From contig CAVRCI010000014.1 in the NCBI GenBank assembly GCA_963719495.1, positions 1-64,000 on the forward strand: 64,000 nucleotides of DNA, written 5' to 3'. Below the pieces are notes generated by a model. The model was not told the DNA's origin, did not search any database, and was given only the letters and a program-made list of their open reading frames with translations. The DNA comes from an uncultured Verrucomicrobiae bacterium (GTDB lineage: Bacteria; Verrucomicrobiota; Verrucomicrobiia; Chthoniobacterales; JAATET01). This document shows, one piece after another, positions 1 to 11,300 of the stretch (the stretch's first letter is position 1; the number at the start of each line of letters is the position of its first letter). Position numbers and translations under genes: made by a program.

Positions 1-579
1 ATCGACGCGATCGAAATTTGTTCCGTCGGCTCCTGTTTTGGTGAACTTCAAGACGACTCGGTAGGCGGTATCTCCATTTACACCTCCAGCCGACGTGCCG
101 TTTGGAGCGAACGCAGTATTCCGACCGCGGGTCTGAAACTCAGATGGAGACCCACCCCCAGGAGTCTGAACGACGAAACCAAGAGAATTGGTGTCGGCAG
201 CGCTGGAACCTGCCGCGAACCAGAAGAAAGCACTATTATCAACATTGGCGGTGCTGCCGGTGTCGAAAAGTAGCGTTGTTCCGGCGTAGAACGTGGACGA
301 CTGCGCGGTGAAGCCGATGGAGGCGCGGGCGTTGGAGGAAAAACTCGTGATCGAAGCCGACTGGCTGCCGCCGGGGACGCCGGTGTAGCTGATGCCGGGC
401 GTGGTGACGTCGATGACGCTGTTCGCGGTCCAACCGTTCTGTCCATTCAGGTCGCCGGTGGTGAAGCCGGGAGATTCGAAGTTTGAGCTGCTCAGCAGGG
501 TCGCGTGGCCGAGTGGCAACGAGGCGAGAGCAAAGGCGGTCGCCAGGGAGAATGTCTTGAAGGGGTGTGGGATGTTCAT
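1..579 (-). CDS. Secreted Ser/Thr/Gly-rich protein, probably PEP-CTERM type (partial, runs off the left edge)
   Basis: Hand translation from ATG 579 gives MNIPHPFKTFSLATAFALASLPLGHATLLSSSNFESPGFTTGDLNGQNGW, with a signal peptide. It is absent from the ORF track because its stop is outside the window, and the C-terminal sorting motif is not visible. Confidence 0.65.
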   Translation of the reverse strand, partial: MNIPHPFKTFSLATAFALASLPLGHATLLSSSNFESPGFTTGDLNGQNGWTANSVIDVTTPGISYTGVPGGSQSASITSFSSNARASIGFTAQSSTFYAGTTLLFDTGSTANVDNSAFFWFAAGSSAADTNSLGFVVQTPGGGSPSEFQTRGRNTAFAPNGTSAGGVNGDTAYRVVLKFTKTGADGTNFDRVD

Positions 580-672
580 GATTAGGGATTTGGTTCGTTG
601 ATGTCGTCTTTAGGATCGGTAATTGGTGAAGGGTGTCAATTCGCGCCGCCCCAAACGCGGGCGATCATTCGT

Positions 673-685
673 TGCAAGCGTTGCA
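673..685. promoter_or_regulatory. LacI-type operator-like palindrome TGCAAGCGTTGCA
   Basis: Imperfect palindrome upstream of the 1-579 gene. A similar site, CGCAAACCGTTGCA, lies at 4959-4972 next to the LacI gene. Confidence 0.45.
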
Positions 686-697
686 TTTAGGGGGTTC

Positions 698-1546
698 TCA
701 TCCCTTGACGGCTCCGGCGCTGAGACCGCGGACGAAGAGTTTCATGGTCGAGAGGAACAGAATAATGAGCGGAATGGAGGCGAGGAAGAAGGCGGCCATG
801 ATGCGGCCCCACTCCTTGACGTATTCGCCGTCGAGGTAAATGAGGCCGACGCCGATGGTGAAGAGCGAGGGATCGCGCAGGACGATGAGGGGCATGAGGA
901 AGTCATTCCAGGAGGCGAGAAATTGCAGGATGGCGAGGGTGCCGAGGATGGGGCCGCTGAACGGGATGACGACGTGGAGGATCTGGCGAAGGTGCGAGGC
1001 ACCATCCATCTCGGCGGCCTCGAAGAGGTCGCGCGGAATCTCCTTGATGAACTCGCGGAGGATGAAAATGCAGAAGACCTGGCCGCCGGCGATGCCGAGC
1101 GCGATGAGCGCCCAGAGGGTGTTCAGGAGATTGAGACTGTCGAGGACGGCGAAGAGCGGGACGATATTCGTCACGCTGGGCATGAGCATGATGAGGAGGT
1201 AGGCGGCCCACAGGAAGCGGCTGCCGGGGACGGTGTAGCGGGAGAAAAAGTAGGCGCCGAGGATGGCGAAGGCGAGGCAGCCGGCGGTGGCGGTGACGGA
1301 GACGACGAGGGAATTGGCGACGTAGGGGAGGATGAGGCGGGCGGCGAAGGCGAAATTTGCCCACACCCATTCGGAGGGAGCGGCGGGGAGCCAGGGATTC
1401 TCGTAGAACATCTGGTTCGATTTGAAGCTCATCTGGAGCATCATGTAAAAAGGGAGTAGCTCGATGGCCAGGAGGCTGAGGATGCAGACGTGCTTGACGC
1501 CTTCGCGGAGGCGCTTGCGGGAGCGTTGGGGGTGGGGGCGGCTCAT
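698..1546 (-). CDS. Carbohydrate ABC transporter permease (MalG-like)
   Basis: EAA loop (LFEAAEMDGAS), FLASWNDFLMPLIVL and C-terminal GLSAGAVKG. ATG 1546 overlaps the stop of the upstream permease. Confidence 0.92.
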   Translation of the reverse strand: MSRPHPQRSRKRLREGVKHVCILSLLAIELLPFYMMLQMSFKSNQMFYENPWLPAAPSEWVWANFAFAARLILPYVANSLVVSVTATAGCLAFAILGAYFFSRYTVPGSRFLWAAYLLIMLMPSVTNIVPLFAVLDSLNLLNTLWALIALGIAGGQVFCIFILREFIKEIPRDLFEAAEMDGASHLRQILHVVIPFSGPILGTLAILQFLASWNDFLMPLIVLRDPSLFTIGVGLIYLDGEYVKEWGRIMAAFFLASIPLIILFLSTMKLFVRGLSAGAVKG

Positions 1547-2484
1547 TTGTCGACGCGCACGAAGCGGTTGTTGATCCAGGTGAGCAGGAGGATGAAGAGG
1601 AAGAGGAAGAGCCCGAGAGCGCAGGCGTATCCGAACTCTCCGGCGACGAAGCCGCGGTTGAACATCCAGAGTCCCGGGACCATGCCGGCTTGGGCGGGGC
1701 CGCCATTTGGTCCGAGCAGGAGGAACTGGAAGCCGTAGCTCTGGAGGGTGCCGATGATGAGCAGCACGAGGGTGAGGCGGACCTGCGTGAGGATGAGGGG
1801 GAACTCGATGTGGCGGAATTTCTGCCACGAACCGACGCCGTCGAGGTCGGCGGCTTCGTAGACTTCGGTGCCGATGGACTGGAGACCGGCGAGGTAAACG
1901 AGGACGCCGACGGCCCCGATCCACGGGAAGCCCCAGAGGACGAGCGCGGGAACGATGAGGCCCGGGGTGCTGAGCCAGCCGATGGGGACGCCCTCGAGGA
2001 AGACGCCCCAGCCGAAGAGCCCGTCGAGGCCGACGAGCAGGGTCTTGAGGCCGGTGGCGTCGAGGGCGTTGTTCATGACGCCCTGGGTGGGGTCGAAGAA
2101 GAACTTCCAGATGAAGAGGGTGACGAGTCCGGGCACGATCATCGGCAGGACGACGAGGACGCGGTAGAGGTATTGGGCGCGGGGACTGTCGAGGCGGTGG
2201 ATGACGACGGCGACGAAGATCGAGGGGGCGAGCTTGACGACGTTGGCGGCGACGAGGATGGCGATCACGCCGAAGCTGTCCCAGAAGATGCCGTCGGAGA
2301 AGACGCGGGTGAAATTTTCGAAGCCGATGAATTCCTTGGCGTCGCCGCCAGCCCAGCGGAAGAAGCTGTGGTAGATGGTGCTGAGGGCGGGGAGGTAGGC
2401 GAGCGTGGCGACGAAGAGCAACGACGGCACGAGCAGGAGATAGAATCTCCATTCACCAAGGGCGCGGCGGAAGGTGGTGGTCAC
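1543..2484 (-). CDS. Carbohydrate ABC transporter permease (MalF-like)
   Basis: FIGFENF, YLAGLQSI...YEAADLDG EAA loop and several hydrophobic segments. Confidence 0.92.
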   Translation of the reverse strand: MTTTFRRALGEWRFYLLLVPSLLFVATLAYLPALSTIYHSFFRWAGGDAKEFIGFENFTRVFSDGIFWDSFGVIAILVAANVVKLAPSIFVAVVIHRLDSPRAQYLYRVLVVLPMIVPGLVTLFIWKFFFDPTQGVMNNALDATGLKTLLVGLDGLFGWGVFLEGVPIGWLSTPGLIVPALVLWGFPWIGAVGVLVYLAGLQSIGTEVYEAADLDGVGSWQKFRHIEFPLILTQVRLTLVLLIIGTLQSYGFQFLLLGPNGGPAQAGMVPGLWMFNRGFVAGEFGYACALGLFLFLFILLLTWINNRFVRVDK

Positions 2485-4100
2485 GGGGAAGTTGGGTCGG
2501 GTTGGGCGACGGACTCGCGCAGACGGAGGATGGCGACGTCGCGGGCGGCGACGGCGGCGGATTCGAACGCCATGGAGCGGCGGCGATCCGCGCCCGGATC
2601 CGCGTCGGGTCGGGCGGCCAGCCAGGCGAGAGCGGCGGCCTGGGTGTCGGAGCGCTGGAGGCTCTCGTGGCGGGAGCGGGCGAGGCGGGCGAGGTCGGAG
2701 AGCCAGGCGGCGCGATAGTCACCGCGAATCTCGTCGAGGAAAGCGTCGACGCCGCCGCGGGGATCGTAGAGGCGGTAGAGGGCGTTTTCGAAGACGCGGC
2801 GGAGGTCGCCCATGCCGTCGGCGGCGATTTTGTAGTGGAGCGGGAAGCCCTCGGGATCGGGGAGGAAGACGGCGACCTCGGGAGTGGGGGTCACCCCGAG
2901 GACGGCGGGCACCCAGCCACTGGAGTCGGTCCAGAGCTGGTTGACGGGCTGGCTCGCGAGGAAGCGGAGGAAGTCGCGGGCGACGTCGGGGTGCTCGGAC
3001 GCGCGGTTGAGGCCGAAGGTGATGCCGGTCGAGGCCCGCTCGGCGGGGACGTCGAGGGTTTGCTCGCCGAAGTCGGGATCGTCGGGGCTCGGGAAGGGCA
3101 CGCGGGCGGCGCCGACCGGGAACGGCGACTGGGCGCGCAGGCCGGTGGCGTCCCAGCTGCCGCTGCAGATCATGAGGGCGCGGCCCTGGACGAAGAGCAG
3201 CATGGCGTCGTCCCGATCGAGCTGCGTGAAGCCGGGTTGCATGTGGGTGGCGACCTGGCGGGTGAGCGCGAGGCCGGAGCGAATGCCGGGAGCGTCGAGC
3301 GTCCAGTCGCCGCGCAGGTAGGCGAGACCCTGGGTGATGGGGCTGGCACGGAGTTCGCCGGTCGGCGAGGTGTCGCGGGCGAGGGTCTGCGTCTGGCTGG
3401 CGAAGAGGTCCGCCATGAGGTAGGGCGCGTTGAATTTCGACCCGGCGATGGGGACGAGCGATTGCCCGGTGCCGCGTGCGTATTCCTCGGCGGCTTCGCA
3501 GAGCGCGATGAAGGCGCGGTAATCGCGCGGTGGCTCGCGGTGGCCGGTGATTTTCTCCAGCAGATCGAGGTTGTAAAAGAGCCGCGTCGACGAGCCGGAG
3601 ATCGGGAGTGAGTAGTAGTCGAGCAGGGCATCCTTGTAGCCGCTGCCCATGCCATCGAGGTAGGTCTCGCGGAGCGGGACGTCGGCGAGCGGGGTGTCGG
3701 CGTTGTAGGGATTGGGCGCGTCGGCGAGGTCGCCGAGGGGAGCGAAAAACCTCGCGACGCGCTCGTCGGTCGTGCCCTGGACGTCGCTGCCGAGCTGGAG
3801 GATGTCGGGCGCGGTGCCGCCGACGAGTTGGGTGATGAACCAGTTGGCGTAGATGCGGTCGGGGATGGCGATCTGCTCGACGCGGACGTTGGGATGGCGG
3901 GCGGTGTAGGCGGCGGCGATGCGGTCGAATGTTTCGCGAACGCCGTTTTCGAGTTGCCAGTGGGCGAGGCGGATCGTGACGGTGTCGCCGGAGCCGGGGG
4001 AGGAACGCGAATCGTTGAAGAACACGACCCGCGCCACCGAGACGACGAACGCAACGCCGAAGAGAAAGAGGCCGAAATGGCGGGCCGCGCGACGGATCAT
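2481..4100 (-). CDS. ABC sugar extracellular solute-binding protein
   Basis: N-terminal anchor, TIRLAHW, HPNVRVE, GTAPDI, LFYNLDLL and FVQGRALM..GSWD motifs. Directly upstream of the two permeases. Confidence 0.85.
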   Translation of the reverse strand: MIRRAARHFGLFLFGVAFVVSVARVVFFNDSRSSPGSGDTVTIRLAHWQLENGVRETFDRIAAAYTARHPNVRVEQIAIPDRIYANWFITQLVGGTAPDILQLGSDVQGTTDERVARFFAPLGDLADAPNPYNADTPLADVPLRETYLDGMGSGYKDALLDYYSLPISGSSTRLFYNLDLLEKITGHREPPRDYRAFIALCEAAEEYARGTGQSLVPIAGSKFNAPYLMADLFASQTQTLARDTSPTGELRASPITQGLAYLRGDWTLDAPGIRSGLALTRQVATHMQPGFTQLDRDDAMLLFVQGRALMICSGSWDATGLRAQSPFPVGAARVPFPSPDDPDFGEQTLDVPAERASTGITFGLNRASEHPDVARDFLRFLASQPVNQLWTDSSGWVPAVLGVTPTPEVAVFLPDPEGFPLHYKIAADGMGDLRRVFENALYRLYDPRGGVDAFLDEIRGDYRAAWLSDLARLARSRHESLQRSDTQAAALAWLAARPDADPGADRRRSMAFESAAVAARDVAILRLRESVAQPDPTSP

Positions 4101-4891
4101 GACGGTTCGGAAGGGGGGGCGATCTCGGCGAGCCGCTGGCGGACGAGGGTGGCGCGCTCGTCGCGGGGGTAGGTCTCGAGGATGCGGGTGTAGTAGCGCT
4201 CCGCGACGGCCGGGCGGTCGAGTTGGCGGGCGAGTTCCGCGATCTGGAACCAGGCGCGGAGTTCGATCCGGGGCGAGGCGATGCCGAGTGAGTCGGCGTT
4301 CAGAAGTTGGTCCAGCGCGAGGTCGGGCGGGAGGTCGAGGTCGAGCGCGGCCTGACCCAGGGCGAGCGCGAAGTTCGCGTGGGCGGCGGGGTCTCGGAGG
4401 GTGTCGCCAATGGCCGCGAAGTCGGTGAAGCGGGTGACGAGTTCGGCGGGCGGCAGGTCCGCGTAGACCTCGAGGAAGACGAGCTGGGTCGCGCTCTGCT
4501 CCGCGAGGGGATGGCCGGGGTGGGCGGCGAGGAGTTCGCGGTAGCGGGTGGCGGCGGCGGCGGGACGCGGGGGATCCGCGTAGTCCTGATCGAGGCGGGC
4601 GAGGTAGAAAGCCGCGAAGATCGCGGCTTCGTCACCGGGGTCCGTGGCGACGAGCGATTCGAGCAACTCGTGGGCTTCGTCGAGATTGCCCTGGGTGCGG
4701 GGCTGGCGATTGAGGAGCGTGACGGCGCGACCGAGGCGAACTTCGCGCGGGACGGGGTCGGACTGGCGGGCGGCGGCGGCAAACTCGGTGTTGGCCTGGT
4801 CGACGAGGAAGGTGGCCGCGTGCTCCCACGTTCCCGCCAGCGGGGCGTTCGCCAGGACGAGGGCGGGAAGGGCGAGAGCGAGGTGATACAC
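4097..4891 (-). CDS. Secreted helical-repeat (TPR-like) hypothetical protein
   Basis: Signal peptide and repeated A..Y..L...P helical patterns (AATRYRELLAAHP, AERYYTRILETYP). Stop overlaps the start of the binding protein. Confidence 0.6.
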   Translation of the reverse strand: MYHLALALPALVLANAPLAGTWEHAATFLVDQANTEFAAAARQSDPVPREVRLGRAVTLLNRQPRTQGNLDEAHELLESLVATDPGDEAAIFAAFYLARLDQDYADPPRPAAAATRYRELLAAHPGHPLAEQSATQLVFLEVYADLPPAELVTRFTDFAAIGDTLRDPAAHANFALALGQAALDLDLPPDLALDQLLNADSLGIASPRIELRAWFQIAELARQLDRPAVAERYYTRILETYPRDERATLVRQRLAEIAPPSEPS

Positions 4892-5003
4892 GGGGCGCGG
4901 GTAGGGAGAGGTGGCTGCAGGCTAGCTCCGCTCAACGGGGCGGGCTAAGTCACGGTTGCGCAAACCGTTGCAAAAAACGGGAGGATTGGGTAGGAATTTG
5001 AGG

Positions 5004-6071
5004 GTGTCTTCTTCGAGTGCGCCCACGATCCAAAGCATAGCCGCGGCGTGCGGAGTGAACGCGAGCACGGTGTCGCGAGCGCTTCGGCACGACCCGCGGA
5101 TCGCGACGGCGACGAGGGATCGGATCCAGCGGATGGCGCGGGAGCTCGGTTACCGGACGAACCCGTTGGTCTCGGCGTTGATGACGCAGGTCCGGACGTC
5201 GCGGCCGGCGACCTACTATTCGACGCTGGGTTACATCGACACGTTTTTGTTGCGGGACGAGTGGAAGCTGTATTCGACGACGCGAAAGATCTGGGAGGGC
5301 GCGTCCGCCCGGGCGGTCGAGCTGGGTTACCGGCTGGAGCGTTTCTGGTATTACGAACCCGGGGTCAGCCCCGCCCGGTTGTCGTCGATCCTGCGGGCGC
5401 GCGGGATCACGGGATTGATCGTCAAATTCAACCCGCCCAAGAGCGACCTGAGCCACCGCTTGGAAATGGATTTCTCGCCCTTCGCGGTGACGACCGTCGA
5501 GACGCAGATGGCGGATCCGATCCTGCACGCGGTCACGAACGACCAGTTCCGCTCGACGTTGCTGGCGCTCAACGAGACGGCGAAGTTCGGTTACCGGCGA
5601 ATCGGTTTGGTGATCTCGGAATTCAACAACTACCAATTCTTCGGACGGGTCGTCGCCGCGCTCCTGAGCTTTCAGCAGGGCGTCGATCCGCGGGATCGGG
5701 TGACGGCTTTCGTCCGTCCCGATGAGCGGATGACGCCGGAGGAATTCAGCGCCTGGCTCGGCGATGAGCGCCCGGACGCCCTCGTGGCCTTCGGCGCGGA
5801 GTGCGCGATCTTGCTGAAGCGGCTGGGCATCCGGGTGCCGAAGGACATCGGGCTCGCCCACCTGGACTGGGATGCTTCGATGGGGAGCGTCGCGGGGGTG
5901 AATCAATTCAACGACGCCGTCGGATCGGCCGCGGTCGACCTCCTGACCGCGCATCTGCAGCGCAACGAGACCGGCATTCCAGCCTGGGGGAAGACCGTGA
6001 TGCTGGAGGGCGAATGGGTGCCGGGCGATTCGCTGCGCCGCGTTCGTCCGCGGCGGGTCGCGGCGCGGTGA
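5004..6071 (+). CDS. LacI-family transcriptional regulator
   Basis: TIQSIAAACGVNASTVSRAL HTH, ARELGYRTNP hinge and a sugar-binding domain (GYRRIGL, VPKDIGL). GTG 5004 chosen as start; the ORF opens at 4956. Confidence 0.92.
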   Translation: MSSSSAPTIQSIAAACGVNASTVSRALRHDPRIATATRDRIQRMARELGYRTNPLVSALMTQVRTSRPATYYSTLGYIDTFLLRDEWKLYSTTRKIWEGASARAVELGYRLERFWYYEPGVSPARLSSILRARGITGLIVKFNPPKSDLSHRLEMDFSPFAVTTVETQMADPILHAVTNDQFRSTLLALNETAKFGYRRIGLVISEFNNYQFFGRVVAALLSFQQGVDPRDRVTAFVRPDERMTPEEFSAWLGDERPDALVAFGAECAILLKRLGIRVPKDIGLAHLDWDASMGSVAGVNQFNDAVGSAAVDLLTAHLQRNETGIPAWGKTVMLEGEWVPGDSLRRVRPRRVAAR

Positions 6072-6128
6072 GTGGCGCTGGCCCGGGCGTCGGCGCTCCC
6101 GCGTCGGGCGGGAAGCCCGAGTTCTCCG

Positions 6129-8237
6129 TCAATCGACGTCCCGCACGCCGAAGAAGACGATGGCCGCCGATGGCTCGTGGAAGAGCGCGGTGATCTCGAC
6201 GCGGCCATCGGGCAGGCGGCGGGCGGTGGTCCCGGGCGTCATCGCCATGCCCGCGTCCGCCGGGATGGCGGTGGTGATGTGGCGATGTTGGACGCCGGCG
6301 TCTCCGTTCGGCGGATCGGCGGCGTCGTTGGCGAAGATCACGACGACTCCGCGCGCGGAGTCGGGATGGATTTTTTCGTAAATTTCCGGACTGGCTCCCG
6401 GTTCGCCGGTCCGTTGCAGCGGGGTCGCGGCGAGGTCGTGGCGGACTTGCTTGTAGAGGTCGAGCCAGCGTCGAAAGCGGGAGCGGCCCTCGGGCGAGAT
6501 CGCGGGCAGGTCTCCCCAGAGGCCGTTAGAGCCGAGGATGAGGGAGCCGAGAGCGATCCACTGATTCGCGGCGGGATCGTCGGGGAGATGGTGGGTGAGG
6601 AGCAGCGTGGACGGGATCCAGCGGTCGAAGGTGAGCGGGGCGCGGCAGATCCAACCGCGGGCGGGACCGGGAAAAAAGAAGACGTTGTCGTTCCCGGTCG
6701 GCGGCTCGGCGAAGTCGAAATTGCGGAAGTAAGGCCCGTTGTTGACGAGAAAATATTTGCCCGCGGTGAGCCAGGTGAGGCCGAAGCAGCGGTGGGATTC
6801 GGTGACGTCGAAATCGACGATGGCCTCGGGGCAGACTTCGGACACCCGGCGGGCGATGCGGGCCATCGCGCGGACTTGTTCGAAGGCGTGGAGGTCGGCC
6901 CGCGTGCGCGGAGAGTCGTCGGGGCCACCGTGGTCGTGACCGGGGTCGTCGCAGCCGTATTGGTCGACGGCGTCCCATTTGAAGTAGGTGACGCCGACCT
7001 CGCGGACGAGGCGGATGAGTTCGTCGGCAAAAGCGTCGCCGTATCGCGAAACGAGGCACATCGGCTGACTGGCCTCGGTCTCCCAGATCGGGGCGGGGGG
7101 GCGGGCGACGCCGTCCAGCGTCTGCACGCAGTCCTCGTAGTCGCGGCGGATGCGGCTCGTGAGAGCGGCGGTGGTGGGATTGAACCAAAGTCCGAGACGC
7201 ATTCCGTGAGCGGTGAGGCGCTCGCGGATCGGGTCGAGGCCAGCGGGAAAACGGGCGAGATCGACCTCCCAGTCGCCGGTGCGCGAATACCAACCGGTGT
7301 CGATGACGAACACCTCGATGCCGATCTCGGCGGCGGCGTCGATCTCGGCGAGCATCCGGGATTCGGTCATCTCGGCAAGGTAGGGGAGCGAGCGAAGGTT
7401 GCGGTTTCTTTCCTGGTGGTTCCAGGTGTTGTAAAAAATCCACGGCTCGCGTGAGGCGGTGAAATCCGCGAGGTCCGCGCGAACGAATTCGCGGTAGCGG
7501 TCAGCGAGGTCGTCGGGCGTCCCGGCGACGGCGGCAACCTGGAACCAGGCTGATCGGAAGGTCTCGCGGTCGAGTGGTTGCCCGTCGCGATGGTGGCCCT
7601 TCACGGCCGTCACCTCGCAGCGGCCACCGGGTCGACAGTCGAAAGCGAGGAAGGCGTCCGGGTAGGTCGAGCCGTGTTCGTAGCCGACCAGCCAGGACGT
7701 GTCGGCGGCGCGCCCAACGAGCAGGGGGCCAAAAACGCGTGACTCGGCGGCGAACGTTTCGTCCCGGAGGGCGACCTCCGCCGGCAGGAAACTGTGGAAA
7801 AGCTCGGAGAAGCCGGAGAGTCGGATCTCGGTCCGGTCGGTCCAGCCGGTCGTGTCGAAACCGAAGTGGGTGATCCGGTCGCGGCCGGAAGTGCGGGTGA
7901 GGCGGTGCGGCGCGGTGGCGCGGAGTTCGTAGGCGAAGCGGATGACGGGGCTGTCCGGCGAGAGGCGGATACGGATCAGTAGCTCGACGTCGGGAAGAGC
8001 CCGGAGGGGACCGCGGAAGACGGTCTCGCGAGCGGTGCCTGGCGTGGCGGCTGGCGGTTCTCCGCTCCAATCCGTGACGACTCCGGCAATGATGTCGCCG
8101 TCGATTTCGAAGGTTGGTGGCGAGAGCACCAGGCGGGCACCGGTGTCGGCGCAAACGACGATCAGTCCGCCGGAGTCATCCGGCGGAAGTTCGACCGAGA
8201 CGAATTGATTGGCGGGTTGGTGGTGGGCGGTGGTCAT
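6129..8237 (-). CDS. Alpha-galactosidase (GH36-like)
   Basis: YNTWN, FVIDTGW...GDW, GLWFNP and YFKWD (nucleophile) motifs. Confidence 0.85.
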   Translation of the reverse strand: MTTAHHQPANQFVSVELPPDDSGGLIVVCADTGARLVLSPPTFEIDGDIIAGVVTDWSGEPPAATPGTARETVFRGPLRALPDVELLIRIRLSPDSPVIRFAYELRATAPHRLTRTSGRDRITHFGFDTTGWTDRTEIRLSGFSELFHSFLPAEVALRDETFAAESRVFGPLLVGRAADTSWLVGYEHGSTYPDAFLAFDCRPGGRCEVTAVKGHHRDGQPLDRETFRSAWFQVAAVAGTPDDLADRYREFVRADLADFTASREPWIFYNTWNHQERNRNLRSLPYLAEMTESRMLAEIDAAAEIGIEVFVIDTGWYSRTGDWEVDLARFPAGLDPIRERLTAHGMRLGLWFNPTTAALTSRIRRDYEDCVQTLDGVARPPAPIWETEASQPMCLVSRYGDAFADELIRLVREVGVTYFKWDAVDQYGCDDPGHDHGGPDDSPRTRADLHAFEQVRAMARIARRVSEVCPEAIVDFDVTESHRCFGLTWLTAGKYFLVNNGPYFRNFDFAEPPTGNDNVFFFPGPARGWICRAPLTFDRWIPSTLLLTHHLPDDPAANQWIALGSLILGSNGLWGDLPAISPEGRSRFRRWLDLYKQVRHDLAATPLQRTGEPGASPEIYEKIHPDSARGVVVIFANDAADPPNGDAGVQHRHITTAIPADAGMAMTPGTTARRLPDGRVEITALFHEPSAAIVFFGVRDVD

Positions 8238-8333
8238 CGGGCGGCGGGCGGCGGGCGGTTTTTTGGGCCGTCGTTCTCGTCCGCCTCGTGAGAACGGTCA
8301 AGCTCGCCGCTGTTTTTTGGTCAACCGCTGTTT

Positions 8334-11300
8334 TCAGGTCAGGACGAGTTTTTGGCAGGGTGAGGGGAGTTGAGATTTCTCTTCGGATGGTGAGATTCCG
8401 AAAAAGAGGCTGAAGAGCACGGGGACAACGCCGAGGGTGAGGACGGTTCCGACGAAGAGGCCAATGCCGATCGCGGCGGACATCCCGGCGAAGAGGGCGT
8501 CGCCGGTAATGATGAGCGGTGAGAGGCCAACCACGGTGGTAAGCGTGGTCATCACGATCGGTTTGAGTCGGCGGACGCAGGCGCTCACGATGGCTTCGAG
8601 GTCGCTTTGGCTGGCTTCGCTGCGCTCGATGTCGATGCGATCAATGAGGACAATGGCGTTGTTCATGAGGATACCCATGAGTGCATAGAGGCCGAGGATG
8701 ATCATGAAGCCGAAGTTTTCGCGGAAGAGGTAGAGCCCAGCCACGGCGCCGATGAGGATGAGCGGAAGAGTGATGAGAATGATGGCGGTGCGCTTGAAGG
8801 AATTAAACTGGCCGACGAGGAGAACGGTGATGATGGCAAAGCAGAGGGGGACGTTCTTCGTGAGAGCCGCCTGGCCTTCGGCGGATTCCTTGATCACGCC
8901 TTCGGAGACCAGTTCGTAACCGGGTGGGAGCGCTTGGCGGAAGGCGGCGATTTCCTCCGAAACGAGTCCGTCCATGTCTTCGGCTGAGAGAGTGGTATTG
9001 CGGGCTTCGACGGTGATGGCCCGACTCAGGTCCCGACGGGCGATACGGGCGAATTCATTTTCGATGCGGAAGTCGGCGATCTGCATGAGCGGGACTGGAT
9101 CGGCGCTGCGCTGCGGGTAGATGTTGAGGGTCTTGAGGCGGTCGAGGTTGAAGCGTTCGGCTTCCTCGGCGCGAGCAATGATGGGGAAGGTGGAGTCGCC
9201 TTCGCGGAACTCAGAGATGACGCGGCCGGAAAAATATTGGTCGAGCGAGGCGCTGACGTCGGCCGAGGTGATGCCGACGCGGCGGGCGCTGGTCTGGTCG
9301 ACTTCGACGTTGATCTTTGGGACTCGATTTTCCCAATCGTGGCGGATGTCGATGGCACCGGGGATTGCGGCGAAGATGGCTTCGAGCCGAGTTGCTTGTT
9401 CGAAGAGAAAGTCGGCATCGGGGCCGCGCAGCTGATACTCGAGCTTTGTCGAATCGCTGGGTCCGAGGAACATCTTGGCGGGCCGGGCTTGGAGATCGGG
9501 GAAGTTCGCGAGGAAAACTTCGCGAAGAGTGGCTTCGGTTGCGTCGAGGTGCCGGGGCGAGTCGACGTTGAAGACGAAGAAGGCCTTGTTTGGCGCCGGG
9601 TCGATGGGAGTGAGCGAAAGAACAAAACGCGGGCCGCCGAACCCCACGTAACCAGAGACACTGCCGATGTGGGGGAAGCGGTCTTTGTCGTCGAGGGCTT
9701 CGAAAATACGACGGACGGCGTCGTCGGTCACTCGACTGGAGACACCAGCAGGCAGGTCGATGGTGGCGGTAATCTGGGCGCGGTCGGAGTCGGGAAAGAA
9801 TTTCTTCGGCACGAACGCGATGCCCGCGACGGCGGAGAAAAGGAGCGCGGCCATGAGGCAAAGAAAAACGCCGCGGTGCGCGAGAACGCCGCGGAGGATG
9901 CTTTCGTAGCGCGTATCCATCCAATGGAAGATGCGCTTCATGAAGTTGTCGCGGGCCGAAGCGGGGTTGTCGCTTTGGGTGGCTTCGACGCGGATGAAGT
10001 GGTGGCAGAGAAGCGGGGTGACGGTCATGGCCAGCAGCCAGGAGGTCAGCAGCGAGATGAGGATGACGAGGGAGATGGAGCGCGTGTATTCGCCGGCGGA
10101 GTGCTGGGCGAGCATGAGAGGGAGGAAGACGAGGATGGTCGTGAGGGAGGACGTCAGAAGCGGGACGGTGAGCTCCTTTCCGACGAGTCGGAGGGCTTCG
10201 TCGCGGTCGGCGCCTTCCTCGAGGCGGCGCTTGAAGTCTTCGGCGACGACGATGCCGTTGTCGACGAGGAGGCCGAGCGCGATAACGAGAGTGGCCAGGC
10301 TCATGCGCTCGAGCGTCATGCCGGTGAAGGCCATGATCGCGAGGGTGATCAGCATGACGGCGGGGACGATGGTGCCGACGATGAGGCCGGTCCGCAGACC
10401 GAGGAAAAGGACGACGACGGCAAGGACGATGAAGAGGGTCTGGAGGACGTTGATGGAAACGCCGTAGACGGCATTGGCGACTTGTTCAGCCTGGTAGGTG
10501 GCGATGCCGATCTGAAAGCCGACGGGCAGGGTGGCTTCGAGGTCGTGAAGGCGCTTTTTGACGATGACTCCGTAGTCGAGGACGCTGCGGCCTCGATCCA
10601 TGGCGATGGAGAAAATGATGGCGGGTTCGCCGTTGAAGTAGGCTTTGCGCTCGGGGGGATCGATGGTGCCGCGATGGACCTCGGCGACATCACCGAGGCG
10701 GATCGTGCCGGCATTGTCGGGGAGCGGGATCGGGAGCTGACGGATTTGAACGATGTCTTCGAAGTTGCCGGTTGGCTCGACAACGAAGCTGCGACCGCCG
10801 GAGTCGATCTCGCCTCCCGAGCTGATGATGTTCTGATCGGCGAGGATGCCGGCGAGTTGATCGACGGTGAGACCGAGGCCGGCGAGGCGGGCGTTGGAGA
10901 CTTCGACGTAAATGCGTTCCTCCTGAATTCCGAGAACGTCGACTCGTTTGGTGCCGGGGATGGCGTAGAGTTGGTCGCGGACGTGGTTGGCAATGTCGAC
11001 CAAGGTGGCGGTTTCGAAATCGGGAGCTGTGAGGGCGGCGGTGACGACCGCGACGTCACCAAAGTCATCGTTGACGAGGGGAGGGCGGGTGCCGTCGGGA
11101 AGGTTGGGCGTGGCGTCGCGGACGCGGTCGCGGAGATCGGTGAAAATGCGATCAAGGTCGAAATATTTGTCGTAAACCTTGGGATAGATGATGGATAGAC
11201 CGGCCTGAGAAACGGATCGGACTTCTTCAATCTCGGGCACTTGAACGATGGCTTCCTCCAACGGCTTGGTGATGAGGCGCTCGACGCGCTCGGGGGACAT

